Below, in pieces: positions 30,094-38,928 of a DNA stretch of 64,000 nucleotides. The notes under the pieces are model-generated. The model had not been told where the DNA came from and made no database searches. It saw nothing but the letters and a program-made list of their open reading frames with translations. How positions within the stretch are numbered: position 1 is the stretch's first letter; each line of letters begins with the position of its first letter. The position numbers and the translations under genes are program-made. This DNA comes from Desulfuromonadales bacterium (lineage in GTDB: Bacteria; Desulfobacterota; Desulfuromonadia; Desulfuromonadales; JAWOCM01), in the NCBI GenBank assembly GCA_046483795.1, contig JAWOCM010000069.1, positions 1,922 through 65,921 on the forward strand. Reading direction: 5' to 3'.

Positions 30094-30872
30094 ACGCAGT
30101 CGACGCCGGCAGCCAGGACAAGGGGACAATGATCACCCTGCGCGGCCTTTGCAAGACGTTCGACCGGGATGAAGTGCTCAGTGATATCGATCTCGATGTC
30201 GTCCGCAGCGAGGTGCTGGTGATCATAGGGCCGAGCGGTTCGGGCAAGAGTACGCTGCTGCGCTGCATCAATCACCTGGAAACGCCCACTTCCGGAGAAG
30301 TTGTCGTGGATGGCCAACGGGTCAACCGTGACGATCTCTCCCCCCGGGCCTTTCAGGCTCACCTCAACAGGGTCCGCACTCATATGGGGATGGTCTTCCA
30401 GCACTTCAACCTGTTCCCCCACAAGACGGTGCTCGGGAATATTGTTGAGGCCCCGGTTCAGGTGCTGAACCGTCCCCGCTCTGAGGCCGAGAAGGATGCG
30501 ATGGAATTGCTCGAAAAGGTCGGTATGGTCGACAAACGCGACGCCTACCCGGCCCAGCTCTCCGGTGGACAGCAGCAACGCGTGGCGATCGCCCGGGCCC
30601 TCGCCATGAAACCTTCGGTCATGCTCTTTGACGAGGTGACCAGCGCTCTTGACCCCGAGCTGGTGGGAGAGGTCCTGCGGGTCATGGAAGATCTGGCCGC
30701 GGAGGGGATGACTATGCTGGTCGTGACCCACGAGATGGGCTTCGCGGAAAGGGTCGCCGATCGACTGGTATTTATGGCCGAAGGTCGTATCGTCGAACAG
30801 GGCAAGCCCGCTGATATTTTCAGTGCGCCTCAGGAGAAACGCACCCGTCAGTTCCTTGCAGAGGTGCTTTAA
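30090..30872 (+). CDS. Amino-acid ABC transporter ATP-binding protein (GlnQ-like)
   Basis: The ATG at 30090 overlaps the permease stop. [43 protein letters not shown]. The 29445 track start is a spurious extension. Confidence 0.9.
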   Translation: MNAVDAGSQDKGTMITLRGLCKTFDRDEVLSDIDLDVVRSEVLVIIGPSGSGKSTLLRCINHLETPTSGEVVVDGQRVNRDDLSPRAFQAHLNRVRTHMGMVFQHFNLFPHKTVLGNIVEAPVQVLNRPRSEAEKDAMELLEKVGMVDKRDAYPAQLSGGQQQRVAIARALAMKPSVMLFDEVTSALDPELVGEVLRVMEDLAAEGMTMLVVTHEMGFAERVADRLVFMAEGRIVEQGKPADIFSAPQEKRTRQFLAEVL

Positions 30873-30877
30873 CTTGC

Positions 30878-31012
30878 GCATCCGGCTGCCGGGATTTGCG
30901 CCAGCTGGAGCATCGAGGCTACGTCATGGAACACGGTGCCATCGCCCTGAGTGACGAGACCGACAAGCTGCTCGATAGCGAGGAGGTGAGAACCGCCTCC
31001 CTCGGTTTGTAG
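30878..31012 (+). pseudogene. Remnant of the 3' end of a LivF-type (branched-chain amino-acid ABC ATPase) gene
   Basis: In-frame translation ...DLRQLEHRGYVMEHGAIALSDETDKLLDSEEVRTASLGL* resembles a LivF C-terminus (GYVLENGRIV...EVRxAYLG). There are no upstream ATPase motifs and no credible start. It begins right after the glnQ-like stop and keeps a terminator. Confidence 0.5.
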
Positions 31013-31028
31013 GGCTTCTGAACAAGAC

Positions 31029-31067
31029 AAAAAAAGAGCGCGGGAGTTTATCCCGCGCTCTTTTTTT
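31029..31067. terminator. Bidirectional intrinsic terminator (hcp copy 1 / LivF remnant)
   Basis: aaaaaa-agagcgcggga-gttta-tcccgcgctct-tttttt. Confidence 0.8.
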
Positions 31068-31100
31068 GCGACAGGCATGGCGTGCCCAGTGGCCAATAGC

Positions 31101-32741
31101 TTAGCCCAGACAGGCCTGCATATCCTCCTCAACGGTTCCGATGGGGGCTATGTTGAAATTCTCCACCAGAAAGTTGAGTACATTCGGGGTGACGAAAGCC
31201 GGCAGGGTCGGGCCGAGCTTGATGTCCTGAATCCCCAGAGACAGAAGGCTCAGAAGTACGACGACCGCCTTCTGCTCATACCAGGAGAGAATGAAGGAGA
31301 GCGGCAGGTCATTGACGCCGCAGTCGAAGGCGTCGGCCAGGGCCAGGGCGATCTGCACGGCGCTGTAGGCGTCGTTGCACTGTCCGACATCGAGCAGACG
31401 CGGGATGCCGCCGATATCGCCAAGGTCCATCTTGTTGAACCGGTACTTGCCGCAGGCCAGGGTGAGAATGACCGTGTTGCTCGGCAGCTTCTCGGCGAAT
31501 TCGGTATAGTAGTTGCGCCCCGGCTTGGCGCCGTCGCATCCGCCGATGACAAAAAAGCGCTGGATGTCTCCCGATTTGACGGCATCGATCACCTTGTCGG
31601 CCACACCAAGGACGGCATTGTGTCCGAACCCGACCGTGATGTCTTTGTCGGGTCTCTCCGGGACATTGTCGCTGGCGAGGGCCTTGTCGATGACCTCTGA
31701 AAAGTCCCATCCCTCGACATGCTTCACTCCGGGCCACTGCACCCGGCCCCAGGTGTAGAGACGATCCTTGTAGACATCGCCCGGACGCTGGATGCAGTTG
31801 GTGTTGAAGATGATGGCGCCGGGAAAATCGGGAAATTCCTTGATCTGGTTCTGCCACGCGCTGCCGTAATTGCCGACCAGGTGCGGATACTTCTTGAGGC
31901 CGGGATAGCCGTGGGCCGGCAGCATCTCGACGTGCGTATAGACGTTGATCCCCTTGCCCTCGGTCTGCTTGAGCAGTTCCTCGAGCATCCTCATGTCGTG
32001 ACCGGAGACGAGAATGCCTTTGCCGGCCTTCGTGCCGATATTGACCGGCGTCGGCACAGGGTGCTCGTAATTGTCGGTGTGGGCTTCGTTGAGCAGGCCC
32101 ATCCCCTTGATGTTCATCTTGCCGCATTCCATGGCAAGATTGACGTAGTCCATCAGGCCCAGATTCCTGTTGAGAATCGAGGCCAGCGCCTTGTGCAGGA
32201 AGCCGTAGATCTCGTCGTCGTCGCGGCCGAGAATATGGGCGTGGTCGGTGTAGGCCGACATCCCCTTGCAGCCGTAGAGAAGAATATCCTGGGCCGATTT
32301 GACATCGGGATCGATGCTCGGATCTTTCACACCGTGCTGGCGCCCGAGATGGATCATCTGCGCAATGCTCCCCGGTATCGGCCAGTCCTGCGCCGCTTCC
32401 GGAACGTCTCCGGCAAACGGTTCGCCATTGGCTTTCTCGAACATGGCTTTGGCCCGGTCCCGCATGTCGACGGTTTTCTCTGCCACCTTCGCGAGGTTTT
32501 CGGGATCGAAGTCCACATTGGTGACGGTACTGAACAGGGCCTCGACAAGATGGACATCGATATCCCTGTCGAACGCCCCTTTTCCCCGGGCCATGTGAGC
32601 CCAGAAGGACATTCCCTTGAGGCCCCAGACGATAAGATCCTGAAGGGCGGCAGCGTCGGGCTTCTTGCCGCAAACACCGATCTTGGTGCATCCCGTTCCA
32701 TTGGCCGCCTGCTCGCACTGATAGCAAAACATCTCTTCCAT
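31101..32741 (-). CDS. hcp: Hydroxylamine reductase / hybrid-cluster protein
   Basis: MEEMFCYQCEQAANGTGCTKIGVCGK... and C-terminal ...GQCNDAYSA...LSWYEQKAV. A GGAGGA ribosome-binding site lies 7 nt before the ATG at 32741; the 32780 start is unlikely. Confidence 0.95.
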   Translation of the reverse strand: MEEMFCYQCEQAANGTGCTKIGVCGKKPDAAALQDLIVWGLKGMSFWAHMARGKGAFDRDIDVHLVEALFSTVTNVDFDPENLAKVAEKTVDMRDRAKAMFEKANGEPFAGDVPEAAQDWPIPGSIAQMIHLGRQHGVKDPSIDPDVKSAQDILLYGCKGMSAYTDHAHILGRDDDEIYGFLHKALASILNRNLGLMDYVNLAMECGKMNIKGMGLLNEAHTDNYEHPVPTPVNIGTKAGKGILVSGHDMRMLEELLKQTEGKGINVYTHVEMLPAHGYPGLKKYPHLVGNYGSAWQNQIKEFPDFPGAIIFNTNCIQRPGDVYKDRLYTWGRVQWPGVKHVEGWDFSEVIDKALASDNVPERPDKDITVGFGHNAVLGVADKVIDAVKSGDIQRFFVIGGCDGAKPGRNYYTEFAEKLPSNTVILTLACGKYRFNKMDLGDIGGIPRLLDVGQCNDAYSAVQIALALADAFDCGVNDLPLSFILSWYEQKAVVVLLSLLSLGIQDIKLGPTLPAFVTPNVLNFLVENFNIAPIGTVEEDMQACLG

Positions 32742-33089
32742 TTGGCGTTCCTCCGTTTCGTAAGTGAAAATTAACCGCAAAGGGCTGCGTGATGATATAT
32801 CTATTTTTGAACTCCTAACAGATTTTCACCTATTGTCCACCTTCAGAAGCGGGGTCTTTTGAAAGAGTGCGGAATCTCGTTAGTGCATCATCGTTTCTGT
32901 AAAATTCACCGAGGCTGACAAAAAGAAAGGCCACGATTGTCCTCTTGGTCACTTTGCCGAGATTGACAGAAAGTGATTCCTGAATAAAATATAATAAAAT
33001 GGAGCGTCCATTCGGAAACTCCGGCCGGACGCAGGGTTGTTCCCATAGCAGAAAAGGGGTATACACAAAAAGCAGGGGGGTGAAAGGAT

Positions 33090-33293
33090 ATGAGTGAAAA
33101 TCCGCTTTACATCGAGGTCATTCTCGATGACGGACAGTATTCCCGGATATCTCCGCAAGCTCTGGACGCACTGCTCAAGCGCAAGCGAGTAAGAAAATTC
33201 CATCGCGCGGAGGGCTGGGCGGAGGTCGGAAGGTCTCCCTTGAGGAGCAAGCATGGAAATCCCTTCTATGCCGGTCCAGAGCGTCGCCACTGA
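33090..33293 (+). CDS. Small (67 aa) conserved hypothetical protein, resembles the Geobacter 'GSU3473 family' (assignment from memory)
   Basis: Purine-rich ribosome-binding site ggggggtgaaagg. The sequence PLYIEVILDDGQYSRISPQALDALLKRKRVRKFHRAEGWAEVGRSPLR...YAGPERR fits the pattern of that small-protein family. Confidence 0.5.
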   Translation: MSENPLYIEVILDDGQYSRISPQALDALLKRKRVRKFHRAEGWAEVGRSPLRSKHGNPFYAGPERRH

Positions 33294-33386
33294 TTTTTTT
33301 GCTTTCGCCCCGATATCCAGACATTCAGAATGCCCCCCGGGGAAATGTATGCTCTCGCCGTCGTCAGGGATACAAAGTTCACTGGA

Positions 33387-33422
33387 CAAAAAAGAGCGCG
33401 GGATCACTCCCGCGCTCTTTTT
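33387..33422. terminator. Bidirectional intrinsic terminator (hcp copy 2 / small ORF)
   Basis: aaaaaa-agagcgcggga-tcac-tcccgcgctct-tttt. The stem is identical to the one at 31035-31061. Confidence 0.8.
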
Positions 33423-33446
33423 ACTCCTTCAAGCTATCACTCCGCC

Positions 33447-35060
33447 TTAGCCGAGAATCTGTTTGAGGTCCTCTTCGGCCGTGCCGATCGGGCCGATATT
33501 GAAATTCTCGACCAGGTAGTTGAGCACGTTCGGGGTGACGAAGGCCGGCAGGGACGGGCCGATCTTGATGTCCTTGATCCCCAGGTGCAGCAGGGTCAGA
33601 AGGATGGCGACCGCCTTCTGTTCGTACCATGAGAGGATCATGGAAAGCGGCAGGTCGTTGACTCCGCATTCGAAGGCATCGGCCAGGGCCAGGGCGATCT
33701 GGATGGCACTGTAGGCATCGTTGCATTGTCCGACATCGAGAAGGCGCGGGATGCCGCCGATATCGCCAAGGTCCATCTTGTTGAAGCGGTACTTGCCGCA
33801 GGCCAGGGTGAGAATGACCGTGTCCTTCGGCGCTTTTTCGGCGAATTCGGTGTAATAGTTCCGTCCCGACTTGGCGCCGTCGCAGCCTCCGACGAGGAAA
33901 AAGTGCTTGATGTCGCCGGCCTTGACGGCATCGATCACCTTGTCGGCCACACCCAGCACCGCGTTGTGACCGAAGCCGGTGAGGATCTCCTGTCCCGGCT
34001 TCTCCTCGAATCCCTCGTACTCTTTCGCCTTGGCGATCACGTCGGAGAAGTCGAAGCCGTCGATGTGCTTGACGTCGGGCCACTGGGTCAGGCCCCAGGT
34101 GAAGAGGCGGTCCTTGTAGCTGTCAGCCGGGCGCTGGATGCAGTTGGTGTTGAAGATAATGGCGCCGGGGAACTCGGGAAGCTCCCTGGCCTGGTCCTGC
34201 CAGGCACCGCCGAAATTGCCGGCCAGGTGGTCGTACTTCTTCAATCCGGGATAGCCGTGGGCGGGAATCATCTCACCGTGGGTATAGATGTTGATGCCGG
34301 TGCCTTCAGTCTGCTTGAGCAGCTCTTCGAGCATTCGCAGATCGTGACCGGAGACGAGAATAGCCTTGCCGGCTTTGGTTCCGAGTTGAACCGGGGTCGG
34401 CTCGGGGTGGCCGTAAGCCTCCACGTGCGCCTTGTTGAGCAGTTCCATGGTGACCAGGTTGATGCGGCCGCATTCCATTGCCAGACCGACTGCGGTGTTC
34501 AGGTCCATCGACGTGTCGAGGGTGGCGGCCAGGGCCTTGTGGGTGAAGGCATAGACCTCTTCGCTTTCGCTGCCCAGGGTCAGAGCGTGCTCCGCGTAGG
34601 CGGCATAACCCTTGATGCCGTAGATGAGCATTTCGACGACCGACTTGACGTCGGGATCGAGCGTATCGTTCTTGACGCCGTGCTCCTCGCCCTGACGCAC
34701 GAGGCCGGTGGTGTCGTCGGCGGGCTGCCAGGAAGCGGCGGCCGGAACGGTCCCTGTTGCTGAGCCGGCCAAAGCCTTTGCAGTCTCGCGGATTTTAACG
34801 CTTTCACGCACGACACGGGCCACGTCTTCGGCGTCGAAGTCGACGTTGGTGACGGTGGTGAAGAGTCCCTTGATCATGAAGCGGTCAATCTCCGGGTCTT
34901 TTTTGCCTTCCTGCCGCGCTTTGTCGGCCCAGAACGCAACCCCCTTGAGACTGTAGATGAGAAGGTCCTGCAGGGCCGCGACATCGGGTTGTTTACCGCA
35001 GACCCCGATCTGGGTGCAGCCTGTGCCATGGGCGGCCTGCTCACATTGATAACAGAACAT
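33447..35060 (-). CDS. hcp: Hydroxylamine reductase / hybrid-cluster protein, second paralog
   Basis: MFCYQCEQAAHGTGCTQIGVCGK... An AAGGAGG ribosome-binding site precedes the ATG at 35060; the 35123 start adds an unlikely 21-aa extension. Confidence 0.95.
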   Translation of the reverse strand: MFCYQCEQAAHGTGCTQIGVCGKQPDVAALQDLLIYSLKGVAFWADKARQEGKKDPEIDRFMIKGLFTTVTNVDFDAEDVARVVRESVKIRETAKALAGSATGTVPAAASWQPADDTTGLVRQGEEHGVKNDTLDPDVKSVVEMLIYGIKGYAAYAEHALTLGSESEEVYAFTHKALAATLDTSMDLNTAVGLAMECGRINLVTMELLNKAHVEAYGHPEPTPVQLGTKAGKAILVSGHDLRMLEELLKQTEGTGINIYTHGEMIPAHGYPGLKKYDHLAGNFGGAWQDQARELPEFPGAIIFNTNCIQRPADSYKDRLFTWGLTQWPDVKHIDGFDFSDVIAKAKEYEGFEEKPGQEILTGFGHNAVLGVADKVIDAVKAGDIKHFFLVGGCDGAKSGRNYYTEFAEKAPKDTVILTLACGKYRFNKMDLGDIGGIPRLLDVGQCNDAYSAIQIALALADAFECGVNDLPLSMILSWYEQKAVAILLTLLHLGIKDIKIGPSLPAFVTPNVLNYLVENFNIGPIGTAEEDLKQILG

Positions 35061-35233
35061 GTTTTCCTCCTTGGTGGTTGGTGTGGTTTTGGATTTTTTG
35101 CTTAGAAAATCGAAAAGACCCATTTTGCTTCTCCTCTTCCTTTGTGGGAGTCCAGGTTTTTGGTAAGGTATAATTTACGTAATCAGCTCGTGTTGACTGT
35201 GCTGTACCTTAGAGCCTTTTCTGCACCGTCGCT

Positions 35234-35247
35234 TTGACGCAGGTCAA
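35234..35247. promoter_or_regulatory. Perfect FNR/CRP-family-type palindrome TTGAC-N4-GTCAA in the hcp2/asmA divergent region
   Basis: TTGACgcagGTCAA. On the minus strand it is followed by exactly 22 nt and then TAAGGT (35211-35206), which is class II (-41.5) geometry relative to hcp copy 2. Confidence 0.45.
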
Positions 35248-35362
35248 GATTCGAAAAAAAAAGAATAATAACAGCCATTGCCTGCCGGTCCTGACCATAG
35301 CAGCCTTGGCAGGAAGCCTTTTAGAAGTCCTGATTTTCATTCCAGACTGGAGAAGACTGCGC

Positions 35363-37750
35363 ATGCGTAACAAATGGGTGAAGATTTCGGCGATAATCGC
35401 CGGCGTCGTGATCGTCCTGATTGCGACTCTGCTTGTTCTCGCCAACATCCTGATTACTCCGGAGCGGGTGCGCTCGGCTGTTCTGCCGATTGCGGAGGAT
35501 TATCTGGATCGTCCTGTCGAGCTGGAAAAGATCGAGGTCGGTCTCTTCTCCGGTATCTCCTGCCGCGGTCTCGTCATCGGCGAAAAGCAGGGGGAGGGCA
35601 ATTTCATCGAGGCCGATACGCTGGTATTGCGCTATCGGTTCTGGCCCCTGCTGTTCGGTCGGGTGATGATCGACGAAGCGACTCTGAACCAGCCTGTTAT
35701 CCGCATGGTGCGCAATCCCGAAGGGCGCTTCAGTTTTGACGATCTGCTCGAATCGGGCGAAAGTGGAGGTGGCGAAGACACATCGGCCTCTTCACAAGGC
35801 GAGGACGGGTCACCGGTCGATCTGCTGGTGACCCACCTGACGGTCCGCAAAGGTCAACTCGAATTTACCGATCATGCTGTTCGCCCGGATCAGGCGGTCG
35901 TGACGCGCCTTGCCGATCTGAATCTTTCGGCACAGGCCTTGTCGCTGGGAAAAGAGTTCCCCCTCACCCTCGACTTTCTGCTCAACGATGCGCCGGTGTC
36001 GTGGGACGGATCGGTCGATCCGGCTGGCAGTGGGATCGCCGGTCAGCTTCAGGTTTCGGGGCTTGCGGGTGCTCCCCTGGCTCCCTATGTGGACGACGCC
36101 TTCCCCGGGGAACTCCGGTCCTTTCAACTCGATGCCGATCTGCATCTCGACGGGGATCGGCAGGCAATGACGAGCCGCGGGAATATCCTCCTTGATAAGA
36201 TCGGCATGACCCTCGAGGCCCTGCCCGAGGCTCCGATCGAAGATGCGCGTCTGGAACTCGATCACGATCTGACTGTCAATCTGGAGCAGGAAAAAGTCAC
36301 CATTCGTTCATTTCGCGCTGAATATAACCGGCTGGAACTCCAGACGCAGGATGCCCTTTTCGATTACAGTGCTACTCCTGAACTCGATATGGGACTGCAT
36401 CTGCCGAAGCGTTCCGCATCGGATCTCGTCTCTGCGCTGCCGGCGAGACTGGCGAAGCAGATGGACGATCTCGCCCCTTCCGGAAACATTGAAGCAAAGG
36501 TGCAACTTTCCGGGAAGGTATCGAGCCTGAAAACTCTGATTGCCGACGGATCCATTATCCTGGAGCAGGCAGGTCTGAGCGTCGGTCATCTGAAACCGCG
36601 GCTGAGCGGTACCGTTCATCTGGAGAAGGACGAACTGAGTGGCCGAAAAATGCAGCTGGATGCGGGCGGGAGCCGATTTGTTTTCGACCTCACAGCGCAG
36701 AGACTCTTCGATGAAATCAAATATGTCACAACGCAGATTCAATCTGACGAAGTCGATTTTACAGCCTTTACGCCACCCGAGAATGAACCGTCCGGTTCGT
36801 CAAAACGCAACACTGCGGGAGCTGGCGGTGCCGAAAAGGGTGGAAATCAGGTCGGTCCCTTCAAACTGCCTCTGGAGTTGGAGGGCACAATCCGGATCGC
36901 AGAGGGGCGATACAAGAATCTCGATCTGAAAGATATCCGGCTCGACTGGAATTTGAATGACAATCACCTTCAATTGGAGGATATCGCAGCCGTCGTTGCC
37001 TCGGGAAGTCTGGCAGGAAAGGCGAATATCGATCTGGGGCGCAAGGGACTCCGATACGATGCGGATATCCAGGTGAAAGAGGTTGTTGCCAACGAGTTGG
37101 TCACCGCCCTGGCTCCCCGGGCAGCCGAAACAGTTTTCGGAGAGTTGAACCTGTCGTCGAATCTGAACGGTTCCGGGACACAGATTTCGGAGATCAAGCG
37201 AAATCTGGTCGGTGAAGGAAACTTTGCAATCCTCCAGGGCAGATTGACCGGAGCCGGCGTCATGAAGGGTCTGGCCGACTTCCTCGATCTGAAGGACTTG
37301 CGTGTTTTCCGCTTTGATCGCGGGGACGGCACCTTCAATATCAGCGGTGGCGACCTTTTTCTTGATGCGACCTTCGACGGTTCGAAAGCCCGCCTGCAGC
37401 CCAACGGTCGCATCGGACTGGATCATTCGCTCGATCTGTCGGTTAAGACATTTCTCTCCCCTCAGAACACGAAAAAGTTGGCCGGAAGGGGAACCCTGGG
37501 CGAAGTGATCGCCGATGATCAGGGGTGGGGCCTGGTGCCCCTCAAGATCACCGGCAAACTGGCGGATCCTTCCGTTTCCCTGGATCGAAAGGCCTTGTCC
37601 GAGCAGGTCAAAAAGGGGGCCGAAAGAAAGTTGCGGGAGAAGGTTCAGGAGAAGATATTCGGAAAAAATGGCGAATCGGAAGAAAATGGCGAGGAAAAAC
37701 CGGAAAAGAAATTACTTGAGGATACCCTGCGGGGAATTTTCAGAAATTGA
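35363..37750 (+). CDS. AsmA family outer-membrane biogenesis protein
   Basis: N-terminal anchor KISAIIAGVVIVLIATLLVLA, an AsmA N-domain, and a C-terminal AsmA_2-like region (GEGNFAILQGRLTG...GTFNISGGDLFLD). Start at the ATG at 35363. Confidence 0.85.
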   Translation: MRNKWVKISAIIAGVVIVLIATLLVLANILITPERVRSAVLPIAEDYLDRPVELEKIEVGLFSGISCRGLVIGEKQGEGNFIEADTLVLRYRFWPLLFGRVMIDEATLNQPVIRMVRNPEGRFSFDDLLESGESGGGEDTSASSQGEDGSPVDLLVTHLTVRKGQLEFTDHAVRPDQAVVTRLADLNLSAQALSLGKEFPLTLDFLLNDAPVSWDGSVDPAGSGIAGQLQVSGLAGAPLAPYVDDAFPGELRSFQLDADLHLDGDRQAMTSRGNILLDKIGMTLEALPEAPIEDARLELDHDLTVNLEQEKVTIRSFRAEYNRLELQTQDALFDYSATPELDMGLHLPKRSASDLVSALPARLAKQMDDLAPSGNIEAKVQLSGKVSSLKTLIADGSIILEQAGLSVGHLKPRLSGTVHLEKDELSGRKMQLDAGGSRFVFDLTAQRLFDEIKYVTTQIQSDEVDFTAFTPPENEPSGSSKRNTAGAGGAEKGGNQVGPFKLPLELEGTIRIAEGRYKNLDLKDIRLDWNLNDNHLQLEDIAAVVASGSLAGKANIDLGRKGLRYDADIQVKEVVANELVTALAPRAAETVFGELNLSSNLNGSGTQISEIKRNLVGEGNFAILQGRLTGAGVMKGLADFLDLKDLRVFRFDRGDGTFNISGGDLFLDATFDGSKARLQPNGRIGLDHSLDLSVKTFLSPQNTKKLAGRGTLGEVIADDQGWGLVPLKITGKLADPSVSLDRKALSEQVKKGAERKLREKVQEKIFGKNGESEENGEEKPEKKLLEDTLRGIFRN

Positions 37751-37806
37751 CAACCGGTCTGACCAAATGCTAATCAATTGTTATTCTTACAGGAGGAGTT
37801 TATTTC

Positions 37807-38307
37807 ATGACAGGAATTGAAGATTTCAGCGGTTTTGAAGTGATCAGGGCAGCCATGGAGGTGGAGAAGAAGGGGCATCGGTTTTACACGACCATGGCCG
37901 AGCGGGCTGACAATGCGATCACCAAGGAAGTATTCTCCTGGCTTGCCCAGGACGAAGTGCAACACTTGAAAACCCTCGAAGAGCTCGTGCCCAAATATCA
38001 GGAAGGGGCCTTCTGGGATGCGGAAGAGGAGTTTCTGCCCTATCTGCGGCGTTTTTCCGAGCAAGAGATTTTTCCCTCTCCCGAGCGACTGGAATCGGTC
38101 CTCAAGGAGAAGGATTCCGATCTCAAGGCTCTGGAGCTGGCTATCCATGCCGAAGAGAAATTCGCCGAATATTTTCACAGAGCTGAGGACAAGGCCCGGA
38201 CCGAGGAAGGCAAGGACGCTTTTTCCTGGCTGGCTGCGGAGGAAGATCGCCACGCCGCAGTTCTCATTGAGCGCCGGGACAAGATAAAAAAAGCCCTCCA
38301 TGGCTGA
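37807..38307 (+). CDS. Ferritin-like di-iron (rubrerythrin-family) domain protein
   Basis: Two E...ExxH pairs: EVEKKG / QDEVQHL and AEEKFAEYF / AEEDRHA. Confidence 0.75.
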   Translation: MTGIEDFSGFEVIRAAMEVEKKGHRFYTTMAERADNAITKEVFSWLAQDEVQHLKTLEELVPKYQEGAFWDAEEEFLPYLRRFSEQEIFPSPERLESVLKEKDSDLKALELAIHAEEKFAEYFHRAEDKARTEEGKDAFSWLAAEEDRHAAVLIERRDKIKKALHG

Positions 38308-38325
38308 CTGACAGAGAGGAGGACG

Positions 38326-38901
38326 ATGATGCCGACAAAAGTCCCCGAATTCGCCAAGGGTGACCTGATGATGATTGTCGATGTGCAGAAAGATTTCTGC
38401 CCCGGCGGTGCTCTTCCCATAGAGGGGGGGGACGAGATCGTTCCGGTCATCAATCTCTGGATGCGGGCCGCCCTTGATGACGGTATCCCCGTTTATGTCT
38501 CCCGCGACTGGCATCCCCGATGTCATGTCAGCTTTGAGCAGAGCGGAGGAAAGTGGCCGCCGCACTGCATTCAGGATACTGACGGCGCCCGGTTTCATAC
38601 CGGCCTCGAAGTGCCCCACGATGCGGTGCTGATCTCCAAGGGAACCCGGTTCGACAAGGATCAGAATTCGGTATTCGACCAGACCGGTCTGGCAGAATGG
38701 CTGCGCCGGCATGACATCGAAAGAATTTTTATCGGCGGGCTGGCACAGGATGTCTGCGTGCTTGCCTCTGTGCTGGATGGTCTGGATGCCGGGTTCGACA
38801 TGCAACTGATCAAAAACGCGACCAGGCCTGTCGATCCGGAGATGGGCGACGAAGCGATGGAAAAAATGCGGCAAAAAGGGTGCTCGTTTATCGGGGCGTG
38901 A
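38326..38901 (+). CDS. pncA: Nicotinamidase / isochorismatase-family hydrolase
   Basis: MMIVDVQKDFCPGGALP...SRDWHP...HC...FIGGLAQDVCV. Confidence 0.85.
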   Translation: MMPTKVPEFAKGDLMMIVDVQKDFCPGGALPIEGGDEIVPVINLWMRAALDDGIPVYVSRDWHPRCHVSFEQSGGKWPPHCIQDTDGARFHTGLEVPHDAVLISKGTRFDKDQNSVFDQTGLAEWLRRHDIERIFIGGLAQDVCVLASVLDGLDAGFDMQLIKNATRPVDPEMGDEAMEKMRQKGCSFIGA

Positions 38902-38928
38902 CGGCGAGTGTAAAAAAGCCTTGCATTT

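Noticed and set aside
31309-32774. Long alternative-frame and antisense ORFs over hcp copy 1 (472 aa minus, 351 aa plus); similarly 33726-34763 over copy 2
   Set aside because: The hcp frame is unambiguous (CYQCEQ...GQCNDAYSA). The alternatives are R/G/P-rich shadow frames.
32761-32776. Shared 16-mer GTAAGnnnnnAATTnAC upstream of both hcp genes (also at 35163-35178), considered as a common operator
   Set aside because: The two occurrences sit at very different distances from the start codons, about 20 nt versus about 103 nt. The copy at 32761 would lie inside the 5' UTR next to the ribosome-binding site. Two matches of a degenerate A/T-rich pattern are not statistically convincing without a genome-wide search.
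32949-33407. 152-aa minus-strand ORF between the hcp genes
   Set aside because: It has no ribosome-binding site, an odd composition, and runs across the terminator hairpin and the better-supported plus-strand small ORF.
37774-38874. 366-aa minus-strand ORF
   Set aside because: It is antisense to the ferritin-like and pncA genes, both of which have catalytic or metal-ligand motifs on the plus strand.
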